Shown here: positions 10,342-17,615 of the stretch, in pieces
Layout of the letters: the number at the start of each line of letters is the position of its first letter
How positions within the stretch are numbered: the stretch's first letter is position 1
Origin: Acaryochloris marina MBIC11017
GTDB taxonomy: Bacteria; Cyanobacteriota; Cyanobacteriia; Thermosynechococcales; Thermosynechococcaceae
Direction of reading: 5' to 3'
Length of the DNA stretch: 32,000 bases
Assembly (NCBI RefSeq): GCF_000018105.1
Contig: NC_009925.1
Location: 5,250,001-5,282,000 of the forward strand
The notes under the pieces: model-generated
Told to the model about the DNA's origin: nothing
The model's database searches: none
Seen by the model: the letters and a program-made list of their open reading frames with translations, nothing else
Position numbers and translations under genes: made by a program

Positions 10342-10773
10342 TTAAGCAGGATCAGGCGATGAGCGATCAAACTTAATTTGGGCTAGCAGCTCTTCCAATC
10401 GAGTGGTATCCGTCAAATAGAGATAACCAATCAAGGCTTCAAAACCCGTTGCATATTGATAAGTCTCTAGATTAATTCTTTTAGGGCCTCCTGCCGCAGC
10501 ATTTCTACCTTGCTTGAGGATTGCTTGCTCATCATCTGACAGCAGAGGATAAAGGTCTCGAACCATTTCAGCCTGTGTCTCAGCCCGAACATAAGACACG
10601 ACCTTCTGGTGATAGTCTCGCAACCGAGATGGAGGCAGAAGGCAGTAACGTCTTATATATAGCTCAAAGACAGCATCTCCGATATAGGCCAGTGCTGCTG
10701 GCGAAACTGACCGCACTTCTGCAAGAGACAGGGACGCTGGTTGGAGGAATGGAAAGGGGAGACAATATAGCAT
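10342..10773 (-). CDS. mrnC: Mini-ribonuclease 3 (Mini-III)
   Basis: 143 aa with the RNase III-like catalytic signature LAYIGDAVFELYIR and ATGFEALIGYLYL. There is no dsRBD, consistent with Mini-III. Confidence 0.88.
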   Translation of the reverse strand: MLYCLPFPFLQPASLSLAEVRSVSPAALAYIGDAVFELYIRRYCLLPPSRLRDYHQKVVSYVRAETQAEMVRDLYPLLSDDEQAILKQGRNAAAGGPKRINLETYQYATGFEALIGYLYLTDTTRLEELLAQIKFDRSSPDPA

Positions 10774-10880
10774 CGCTGTTGCTCAGGTACTAAGCAACAA
10801 GGAGGGACATCAGGAATCTATTTTAGATATGATTTTTAACTGGATTAACTATTACGATAGGTTGAAAACGATAGCTCGAG

Positions 10881-11246
10881 TTATTTATCAACATTTGCGA
10901 TCGCAGTATCAACGTTGGGCTGCAATGACAGAAAACTTTCCAATCGAACCAGCTTCACGGTTTGGGTCACTCTTGGATTTGAGACAATTTGGAATGATCC
11001 CCCAGCAGTTTGCGCTTTTTTAGCCAACTGCACGAGTACTCCCAAGCCCGAGCTGTCAATAAAGTCAATTTTGGAAAGGTCCAAAATAACGTGAAAGGGG
11101 CTGTCATCTAGACACTTGGTCATAACCTTACGAAAAACAGGCTCTGAAAACGCATCTAGTAAGCCTGTGAGGCGAAAAAGTTGGTATTTCTCCCTGATAT
11201 CTCGTGTGCCTCGTAAGCTTACGGTCAGGGTTAGCTGTTCAGGAAT
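10881..11246 (-). CDS. STAS-domain protein (anti-sigma-factor antagonist family), probably initiated at ATT
   Basis: The track ORF (10881..11123, 80 aa) holds only the C-terminal part of a STAS fold (ILDLSKIDFIDSSGLGVLVQLAKKAQTAGGSFQIVSNP). The frame stays open upstream to a TAG at 11256..11258 and encodes IPEQLTLTVSLRGTRDIREKYQLFRLTGLLDAFSEPVFRKV, which looks like STAS beta1-beta2-alpha1. That stretch has no ATG, GTG or TTG. An ATT at 11246..11244 sits 5 nt after a perfect AGGAGG. Confidence 0.65.
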   Translation of the reverse strand: MPEQLTLTVSLRGTRDIREKYQLFRLTGLLDAFSEPVFRKVMTKCLDDSPFHVILDLSKIDFIDSSGLGVLVQLAKKAQTAGGSFQIVSNPRVTQTVKLVRLESFLSLQPNVDTAIANVDK

Positions 11247-11495
11247 AGTTCCCTCCTAGTACCAAAACGCTAAACAGATGATGAGGGTCCAGTATAGGGT
11301 CTTTGAGCAGTTCTTGTCCACTGAACCAAAGGAGAGGAAAAAGTACTCTAGGATGGCTCATTATTCTCTCAAGATCTTAAAAATCGAGATCGGGATCAAG
11401 TCTCTGCTGAGCTTCAAATCTGGTGAGTTTATGGGGCAGAAATCAAGAAGATAAAATATCAATAGATATGGCTCACCTTAGCTTGATTTTTAGCA

Positions 11496-12233
11496 CTAAT
11501 GGGTCGTTCGATTGGAGACTAATCCTACCAACTTCTGGTAATGCTCAGGAACTTCTTGGTTAGGAATAAATTGATCAATTGGGGCTACCTCAGTCTTTTG
11601 AGGTATTTTGTCCCATACAGATTTTCCTGAAGGAGCGTTAAAACCCTTCCCTGGCGATGAAGGATGAGAATGGCCAGACGTTAGGGACTTGTTACCAGAC
11701 ACCTCAGCGACAAAACTCCATAGCTTATGACTCATGGGCGTCCTGTCCTCATCTAAGCTTGAGCCCATGTCTGGTTCAGACCTCTGTAAGTTTCGCTCCA
11801 TCAGAAAATCGGCTTCTGGCTGATTCAATACCTTGTTAACTTCTGTCGCTGCAATCGTTGATTTCAGATGTGGAGTCTGTCTCTTACTCAACACGGGTGG
11901 CTGGAGTTTAGTCTGCGAATCAACTGACGTGTCTGCTTGATTAAACTTAATTTGCGGGAATTTGTGACAAATCAGGGCTTCGAATTCTCGGTTGAAGTGA
12001 TAAAGCGGCTGTCCTTTTCGCTTCCAATCAGCCAGCAGTCCGCCCACAGAGATTGTTTTATATCGCCCACGATACAAGGACTCAATCAAAGCTAGCCGTA
12101 CCCACTCAGGGGAATAGTCTCCGAGCCAACGGTCCAGTAAAGAGTCTTGGGCTTGACTCTCAGCTTCGTAGCAATAGTACGTCAATAACCCCGTGGTGGT
12201 TGTCAGGATGGATTCTGCTGTTGAATCTGTCAT
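11496..12233 (-). CDS. hypothetical protein: ~100-aa Trp/Tyr-rich N-terminal domain plus a low-complexity Ser/Pro/Gln tail
   Basis: 245-aa ATG-started ORF. The N-terminal segment LDRWLGDYSPEWVRLALIESLYRGRYKTISVGGLLADWKRKGQPLYHFNREFE looks globular and conserved. I cannot name a family. Confidence 0.55.
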   Translation of the reverse strand: MTDSTAESILTTTTGLLTYYCYEAESQAQDSLLDRWLGDYSPEWVRLALIESLYRGRYKTISVGGLLADWKRKGQPLYHFNREFEALICHKFPQIKFNQADTSVDSQTKLQPPVLSKRQTPHLKSTIAATEVNKVLNQPEADFLMERNLQRSEPDMGSSLDEDRTPMSHKLWSFVAEVSGNKSLTSGHSHPSSPGKGFNAPSGKSVWDKIPQKTEVAPIDQFIPNQEVPEHYQKLVGLVSNRTTH

Positions 12234-12470
12234 TGATGCAATAGGTGAGAAGGACAGAGATAAACAAAATCAAACGGTTCCACAATGTCATCCAATGGAT
12301 TGAACCGTTTAGTTCGCATATACAGTCTAATCAATTTAAGACGATTGCTGAGTCAGAATCAGGGATAAATCCTAAAGAATCTGGCGAAATCGATTTTATG
12401 CATCCAGCTATTCCCTGGCGGTCGGTATGATACGGATTGTGCCAATTTGTTCATTGCACCTATTAAATCT

Positions 12471-13598
12471 ATGTCAGCTGAACACGCTTCTCAATCTGCA
12501 ATCGGTGTCGCCATCGTCGGTACTGGGTTTGGTCAAAAGGTTCATATCCCCGCTTTTCGAGATTTTCCTGGGACCCAGCTCTTGGCGGTATACAACCGAG
12601 ATGCCGATAAAGCATCTGCGATCGCATCCGCAAACAACATTCCCTTCGCCTCAAATAACCTAGCTGAAATCCTGGAAAAACCTAATATACAAGGGGTTAG
12701 CATCTCAACCCCTCCCTTCCAACACTACGAGATGGCAGAAATGGTGCTCAACTCCGGCAAACATTTATTCCTGGAAAAACCGACCACCCTTAACGCAGGG
12801 GACGCTCGCAAACTTTATCACCTGATGCAAAAGCAAAACTTGCAGGCAACCCTCAACTTTGAGTTTCGATTTGTACCCGCCTGGATGCAGCTCAAAACCT
12901 TGCTCACCCAAAACTACGTAGGTCAAACACGACTGATCAAGATCGACTGGCTCGTCCCAGGGCGGGCTGATCCGAATCGGCCCTGGAGTTGGCATGCTAG
13001 CAAAGAATTAGGGGGTGGCTCTCTCGGTGCATTGGCCTCCCATACTTTCGATTATGTTGCCTGGCTTTTTGGTCCAGTAAAGCGGCTCTGTGCTCGACTG
13101 ATCACGACAATTCCTGCCCGTCCCGATCCGGACAGTGGCAAAGCAAAGCCCGTGGATGCTGATGATACCTGCGTCTTGATGTTGGAGCTACAAAATGGAT
13201 GTACTTGCCAGATTAATATTAGTGCGACGACCTATTCCGGTCGCGGACATTGGGTAGAAATCTATGGCGATCGGGGCACCTTAGTTCTCGGTAGCCAAAA
13301 TCCCAAGGATTATATCCACGGCTTCCAGTTACAAGGGAGTCAGTCTGGTGCCGAGTTACAAGACCTTCCCATCTCCGATTGGCTGCAATTTAAACAAACC
13401 TATCCTGACGGTCGGATTGCTCCAACCATGAGAGTCGTCGAGCATTGGGTAGAAATGATTCAAAAAGGTCAAGCCACCGCCCCCTCTCTCAAGGAAGGGA
13501 TCTATTCACAACTGCTCATGGACTTGGCTCACCAGTCTCACCAGCAAGCAGCCTGGGTGGATGTTCCTGGCATAGATAGCTTCTTAGCAGAGTCCTAG
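12471..13598 (+). CDS. Gfo/Idh/MocA-family NAD(P)-dependent oxidoreductase
   Basis: N-terminal Rossmann motif IGVAIVGTGFGQKVHIPAF and the family EKP motif (HLFLEKPTT). ATG at 12471 preferred; the track starts at an in-frame TTG at 12447. Confidence 0.88.
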   Translation: MSAEHASQSAIGVAIVGTGFGQKVHIPAFRDFPGTQLLAVYNRDADKASAIASANNIPFASNNLAEILEKPNIQGVSISTPPFQHYEMAEMVLNSGKHLFLEKPTTLNAGDARKLYHLMQKQNLQATLNFEFRFVPAWMQLKTLLTQNYVGQTRLIKIDWLVPGRADPNRPWSWHASKELGGGSLGALASHTFDYVAWLFGPVKRLCARLITTIPARPDPDSGKAKPVDADDTCVLMLELQNGCTCQINISATTYSGRGHWVEIYGDRGTLVLGSQNPKDYIHGFQLQGSQSGAELQDLPISDWLQFKQTYPDGRIAPTMRVVEHWVEMIQKGQATAPSLKEGIYSQLLMDLAHQSHQQAAWVDVPGIDSFLAES

Positions 13599-13613
13599 GT
13601 CATTTTTCGGCTG

Positions 13614-13625
13614 TTTATATATAAA
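13614..13625. promoter_or_regulatory. 12-bp perfect AT palindrome TTTATATATAAA upstream of srx-dps (possible Fur/PerR-type operator or promoter element)
   Basis: Read directly from the sequence. It lies 16 nt after the oxidoreductase stop and ~105 nt before the sulfiredoxin ATG. Confidence 0.25.
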
Positions 13626-13729
13626 TGAGCAGGCACCATCCATGGAGAGGTGTTGGGATGTAAGATAAATTACCCATTGCAAAGCGAAGTCATAACGACT
13701 ATGATTTAACTATTGAATGGCACTCGCTT

Positions 13730-13993
13730 ATGGCTCGTATCCTAGACCTCCCCCTTCAATCAATTCGTCGCCCCCTTTATCGGCAAAATGATCAGCAGCG
13801 AGTCGAAGCCTTAATGGCCTCCATTGCAGAAATTGGTCTGCAAAATCCGATTGAAGTTCTAGAAGTTGAAGGTCAATATTACGGGTTCTTAGGATGCCAT
13901 CGTTTTGAAGCCTGTACTCGGTTGGGACATCAGACCATTCGCTGTTGTGTTCGCCGTGCCCCACGTTCAGTACTTCAGCGACATTTAGCCTAA
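13730..13993 (+). CDS. srxA: sulfiredoxin (ParB/Srx fold)
   Basis: 87 aa. LPLQSIRRPL..QQRVEALMASIAEIGLQNPIEVLEVEGQYYGFLGCHRFEACTRLGHQTIRCCVRR closely parallels plant and cyanobacterial sulfiredoxins, including the catalytic GCHR motif. Confidence 0.9.
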   Translation: MARILDLPLQSIRRPLYRQNDQQRVEALMASIAEIGLQNPIEVLEVEGQYYGFLGCHRFEACTRLGHQTIRCCVRRAPRSVLQRHLA

Positions 13994-14069
13994 CGTCTGA
14001 GTAGAAGCACCCCCTGTATTCCAGTATCTTTAGATGTCCATCCCGTAGTGTTTTTTTGAGGTAATCACC

Positions 14070-14546
14070 ATGCAAGCACCTCCTATCAATATCGGTATTT
14101 CAGAAAACGATCGTCAACAAATTGCTGAGGGTTTATCCCGCCTCCTCGCCGATACTTACACCCTCTATCTCAAGACGCATAATTTCCATTGGAACGTTAC
14201 GGGTCCTATGTTCCAAACCCTTCACTTAATGTTTGAAGCACAATATAACGAGCTATCACTCGCTGTAGACGCTGTTGCTGAACGCATTAGAACCTTGGGA
14301 TTCCCAGCTCCAGGGACCTACAAAGAATATAGCCAACTGACTTCTATTGAAGAAGCAGAGGGAGTTCCCACTGCTGAAGAGATGATTAAAGAACTCGTCG
14401 CAGGCCAAGAGGCAGTCGTTCGTACTGCTCGATCTGTATTTCCACTAGCAGATGCGGCAAATGATGAGCCCACCGCTGATCTGCTCACTCAGCGAATGCA
14501 GATTCATGAAAAGACAGCTTGGATGCTACGGAGTTTACTGAACTAG
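14070..14546 (+). CDS. dps: Dps-family DNA-binding ferritin-like protein
   Basis: 158 aa. Ferroxidase-centre context [31 protein letters not shown], and a C-terminal [24 protein letters not shown]. Confidence 0.94.
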   Translation: MQAPPINIGISENDRQQIAEGLSRLLADTYTLYLKTHNFHWNVTGPMFQTLHLMFEAQYNELSLAVDAVAERIRTLGFPAPGTYKEYSQLTSIEEAEGVPTAEEMIKELVAGQEAVVRTARSVFPLADAANDEPTADLLTQRMQIHEKTAWMLRSLLN

Positions 14547-14582
14547 GGGGATTCCAGGTTTACTGAACTAGGGGGATTCCAG
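14533..14582 (+). repeat. perfect 2 x 25-bp tandem duplication (GTTTACTGAACTAGGGGGATTCCAG) spanning the dps stop codon
   Basis: Copy 1 (14533..14557) and copy 2 (14558..14582) are identical base for base. Copy 1 contains the last codons and the TAG stop of dps. Confidence 0.95.
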
Positions 14583-14610
14583 TACATCCTTTGCTTACCC
14601 ATAACAGAAC

Positions 14611-14650
14611 AGGCTCCAGTGCAACACTTCTGTACTGGAGCCTATTTGAA
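14611..14650 (+). terminator. likely intrinsic terminator of dps
   Basis: AGGCTCCAGT (14611..14620) pairs perfectly with ACTGGAGCCT (14634..14643). The stem can extend to ~13 bp with one G-U, and is followed by ATTTGAAT. Confidence 0.6.
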
Positions 14651-14775
14651 TCACCCGAAACTAGGCTGCCATCCGGCATAAATCCAAACTGATATCCCTC
14701 CATAGAGAGAAAAGAATGGGTCAGATTTATCACGGATGATACTCCCTGGAATAGGCTACCTAACCGATTTGTTCA

Positions 14776-14811
14776 GTTTTTAATTTAATTTTTAGGAATT
14801 AAATTAAAAAC
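14776..14811. other. 15-bp perfect, almost purely A/T inverted repeat (GTTTTTAATTTAATT / AATTAAATTAAAAAC) with a 6-nt loop
   Basis: Read directly. It lies in the 424-bp gap between the convergent dps and DUF2808-like genes, and is followed on the + strand by TTTTATT. Confidence 0.5.
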
Positions 14812-14900
14812 TTTTATTAAACTTGTTGCGTAAGCTACAGCCATCTCTCAACTTTTTGCTTAATATAGGTTCATATACAGAGCTTTTATAGACAAACAAG

Positions 14901-14920
14901 CCCCCGCCATTTAGCGGGGG
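14901..14920 (-). terminator. GC-rich hairpin, likely terminator of the DUF2808-like gene
   Basis: CCCCCGC (14901..14907) pairs with GCGGGGG (14914..14920) around a 6-nt loop. It sits 50 nt past the minus-strand stop and is followed on that strand by CTTGTTTGTCT. Confidence 0.5.
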
Positions 14921-14970
14921 TTATATGCTTTAAAGTGATCGATTTCGAACAGTGGTGACCATTCGCCCAC

Positions 14971-15549
14971 TCAATGCCCCCAATAGGAGGGCCATCGAAA
15001 GTGATCGTAAAAGTGAAGTCGACCATAGCCTAAAAATTGGCCATAAGCTTGCTCCCCTTGAGGAAAAGCAGTGACCCCAAAGAGATAAACCCCACTCGAT
15101 CGGGGATTGCGATAGGGGCGCAAACCAATAGTGACGGTCTCTCCCGGAGAGATGGGTGGGTCGAAAAATATCGAGATTGCGCCCTTCTCATCGGTAGAAG
15201 CTGCGGCTATGGGCAGGAGTTGTTTCTTTTGCTTATTCCGATAGGCTTGAGTGCGCTTGAGATTAAAAGATATCGAGTCTACCCCTTCTTGCTGATTAAA
15301 CATCACGCGCTGAAGCGGTTCACCAGCGTCCTCTGGGACATGCAACGTAAAGTAATACGTGGCCCCAAAGACGCGGGCACTGTTGTAGGTGGTCCGAGCA
15401 TTTTCTAGACGAGGAACATTGGCAAAATATGTTGTTCCATCGGCGAGTTCAATGGCTTGTACTGAAGTCTGCAAAAGACTCCCTAACAACACAGTCGTAG
15501 CTAAATTGGCCCCCCAGGCAACGACCTGATTAGAAATGAGCGGTGGCAT
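14971..15549 (-). CDS. DUF2808-like secreted cyanobacterial protein
   Basis: Signal-like N-terminus from ATG 15549 (MPPLISNQVVAWGANLATTVLLGSLLQTSVQA). ATYYFTLHVPEDAGEPLQRV and GVYLFGVTAFPQGEQAYGQFLGYGRLHFY match my recollection of DUF2808. The track starts at an upstream TTG (15573). Confidence 0.65.
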   Translation of the reverse strand: MPPLISNQVVAWGANLATTVLLGSLLQTSVQAIELADGTTYFANVPRLENARTTYNSARVFGATYYFTLHVPEDAGEPLQRVMFNQQEGVDSISFNLKRTQAYRNKQKKQLLPIAAASTDEKGAISIFFDPPISPGETVTIGLRPYRNPRSSGVYLFGVTAFPQGEQAYGQFLGYGRLHFYDHFRWPSYWGH

Positions 15550-15643
15550 GTGTTTGGCCCTCCAAAATACCAACTACCCAGTTAGGTGCAGAAGAAAGGT
15601 ATCCAAATTAACTCCGAGCAATGTCGGGATAAACCCATAATTG

Positions 15644-16027
15644 TCAGTTGTTGTCTTGGTTACCCATTTGCGTTAATTCCAAACGAATGTTGGCTAACTG
15701 GTTTGTCAGGGTTTTGAGTTCTTGTTGGAGAGACGGATCAATGGAGGGGGAAGTTGCCGAAGAAGAGGTGGAACTACCAGAAGACATGGGATTAGTGTTT
15801 ACTCCATATTGAGTCGCCATGCTATCAATCATTTTGCGAGCTTCTGACTCCGTGATTTCCCCTTTGTCTGCCCAAATCTGAGACAGTTGATCAAAGCCAA
15901 GATTGAGTTGAGAAATATTTTCCTCGCGCTTTTGGGAGTCTTGAAGGGATTCCACCACTGAAGTTGTGGCTCCCAGGGTTACATGAAATCCTTTTTTCAG
16001 AAATTCGGTCACCATATCAGGATTCAT
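15644..16027 (-). CDS. hypothetical protein: helical with a Ser-rich linker and a C-terminal coiled coil
   Basis: 127-aa ATG-started ORF; family not recognised. Confidence 0.5.
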   Translation of the reverse strand: MNPDMVTEFLKKGFHVTLGATTSVVESLQDSQKREENISQLNLGFDQLSQIWADKGEITESEARKMIDSMATQYGVNTNPMSSGSSTSSSATSPSIDPSLQQELKTLTNQLANIRLELTQMGNQDNN

Positions 16028-16126
16028 AGCAGGTTGTGTTCCCTCAAAAACAGCTCAGACACCATTAGCCTAATGAAAATTGTCCCTGTCTGACAACTCC
16101 AAGGGTGGGATAGAGCAGATTGAGTC

Positions 16127-16172
16127 TTGTTCATGCGGTCGATATTTTCATGAACGAAGGTAGCATGAACAA
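16127..16172. promoter_or_regulatory. 9-bp perfect inverted repeat TTGTTCATG..CATGAACAA with a third CATGAAC half-site between the arms; candidate operator upstream of the phosphoribosyltransferase gene
   Basis: TTGTTCATG at 16127..16135, CATGAAC at 16149..16155 and CATGAACAA at 16164..16172. The ATG is at 16197. ATTGAGTC also flanks both ends (16119..16126 and 16173..16180). Confidence 0.3.
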
Positions 16173-16196
16173 ATTGAGTCGAAAGAACGAATCAGA

Positions 16197-16742
16197 ATGG
16201 CAGATCTCTACGTATCTTGGTCAGAGTATCATCAGCATATTGAAAAACTGGCAGTCCATATCTACCGTTCAGGCTGGTCCTTCAATCAAATTATCTGTTT
16301 GGCGCGGGGCGGTTTAAGAGTTGGAGATCTACTTTCTCGCATTTATCAACAGCCGTTAGCCATATTAGCCACCTCGTCCTATGGAGGAGCCACCGGGCAA
16401 GATCGTCATCAGCTAACCGTCAGCCAAGCCCTCACAATGACGACAGAGAACCTGGGAAATCGAATTTTGCTCGTTGATGATTTAGTAGATTCTGGTATCA
16501 CCCTTGAACAAACGTTAATTTGGCTTCAACAGCGGTATGGTGATGGAATTACAGACATAAGGACCGCTGTGTTGTGGTACAAAGCTTGTTCTAGAATCAA
16601 GCCCCACTTTTATGTAGATTATTTACCAGAGAATCCGTGGATCCATCAGCCCTTTGAAAGCTATGAGAAGACTGATATAGAAGCATTAAGCCAGGAGTAT
16701 CCTGCGATAGATTTACCAGCACCAAGGGCATCCTGTAATTAG
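16197..16742 (+). CDS. type-I phosphoribosyltransferase (purine/xanthine-guanine PRT-like)
   Basis: 181 aa with the PRPP-binding motif ILLVDDLVDSGITL preceded by ICLARGGLRVG. Confidence 0.82.
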   Translation: MADLYVSWSEYHQHIEKLAVHIYRSGWSFNQIICLARGGLRVGDLLSRIYQQPLAILATSSYGGATGQDRHQLTVSQALTMTTENLGNRILLVDDLVDSGITLEQTLIWLQQRYGDGITDIRTAVLWYKACSRIKPHFYVDYLPENPWIHQPFESYEKTDIEALSQEYPAIDLPAPRASCN

Positions 16743-16846
16743 GACAGTGCTAAGTTGCATTTTGATTAAGTTCATCGCAATTTACTGATCAGATGTATAA
16801 GTGTCGCTGATTCTAATCCTTGCTGAAATGATTGGATTTGAGATAA

Positions 16847-17524
16847 ATGAGTGATAATCCTGATCGAATTTTTTATGAAGAATTTTCGAAGAGAGTGTGT
16901 TTGAGAATCACCTTTCTTTTATCCATCTCCGCTCTATTTCTGTCTGCCTGTGGTGGGGTTCCTGATTTGCAGGAGGTGGTTGAGGGCGTAGATGTTGACC
17001 AGAACCCTCTAAAGGGAATTGATCAAATCTCTAAATTAGAGAAGGATCTTAAAGACATCGAATCAGAACTTAAGAACCTCAAACCGGTTGATCCCCTTAG
17101 CTATACCGACTTGATCACCGGTTTACCCGACCAGCCATCTGGTTGGGAGGCCGCAGAAGCCAAGGGCGAATCCACAAACTTTGGCGAGTTTGCCATCAGC
17201 CAAGCCAGCCGATCTTATCAACAGGGTAATAAAACCATTAAGGTACAGCTCTTTGACTGGGCCCATCATCGTCAACTCTACGCCCCATTTGTGATCAGCG
17301 CCCGATTCAGCAAAGAATCGACCGAGGGCTATAGTAAAGGCTTAAAAATTGGTGATGCTTTTGGACGAGAAGAATATACCAATGCATCCAAGAAAGGGAA
17401 ACTTAGCCTCCTCGTCGATAAGCGATTTATGGTGGAAGTCGATGGGCGCAACATTGAACCCCAGGAACTGCAAGACTGGTGGAAGCAGGTCAAAATCAAG
17501 AATTTACGCGCCAAAGCAAAGTAG
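16847..17524 (+). CDS. putative lipoprotein, function unknown
   Basis: 225 aa. A hydrophobic segment ends in the lipobox-like LSAC-GG (LLSISALFLSACGG). The mature part is hydrophilic. Confidence 0.6.
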   Translation: MSDNPDRIFYEEFSKRVCLRITFLLSISALFLSACGGVPDLQEVVEGVDVDQNPLKGIDQISKLEKDLKDIESELKNLKPVDPLSYTDLITGLPDQPSGWEAAEAKGESTNFGEFAISQASRSYQQGNKTIKVQLFDWAHHRQLYAPFVISARFSKESTEGYSKGLKIGDAFGREEYTNASKKGKLSLLVDKRFMVEVDGRNIEPQELQDWWKQVKIKNLRAKAK

Positions 17525-17615
17525 GGCCGCCCGGATGGACCAGGCTTCCCTCAGCTTCCCTCGGTTCCCAGACGCCTAATGCTCCTGAATATTTTGGGAA
17601 TTCCCTTAGATAGCT

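Noticed and set aside
10829-11023. 64-aa + strand ORF
   Set aside because: It is antisense to the STAS-domain gene, whose translation has clear family features.
12245-12430. 61-aa + strand ORF in the intergenic region upstream of the oxidoreductase
   Set aside because: It has a non-ATG start, no ribosome-binding context and a low-complexity translation. It occupies a divergent promoter region and is more likely non-coding.
17544-17562. Mini tandem repeat GCTTCCCTC x2 (10-bp period) in the lipoprotein/HerA convergent gap
   Set aside because: Two short copies only, which is too small to distinguish from chance or simple slippage. No associated structure.
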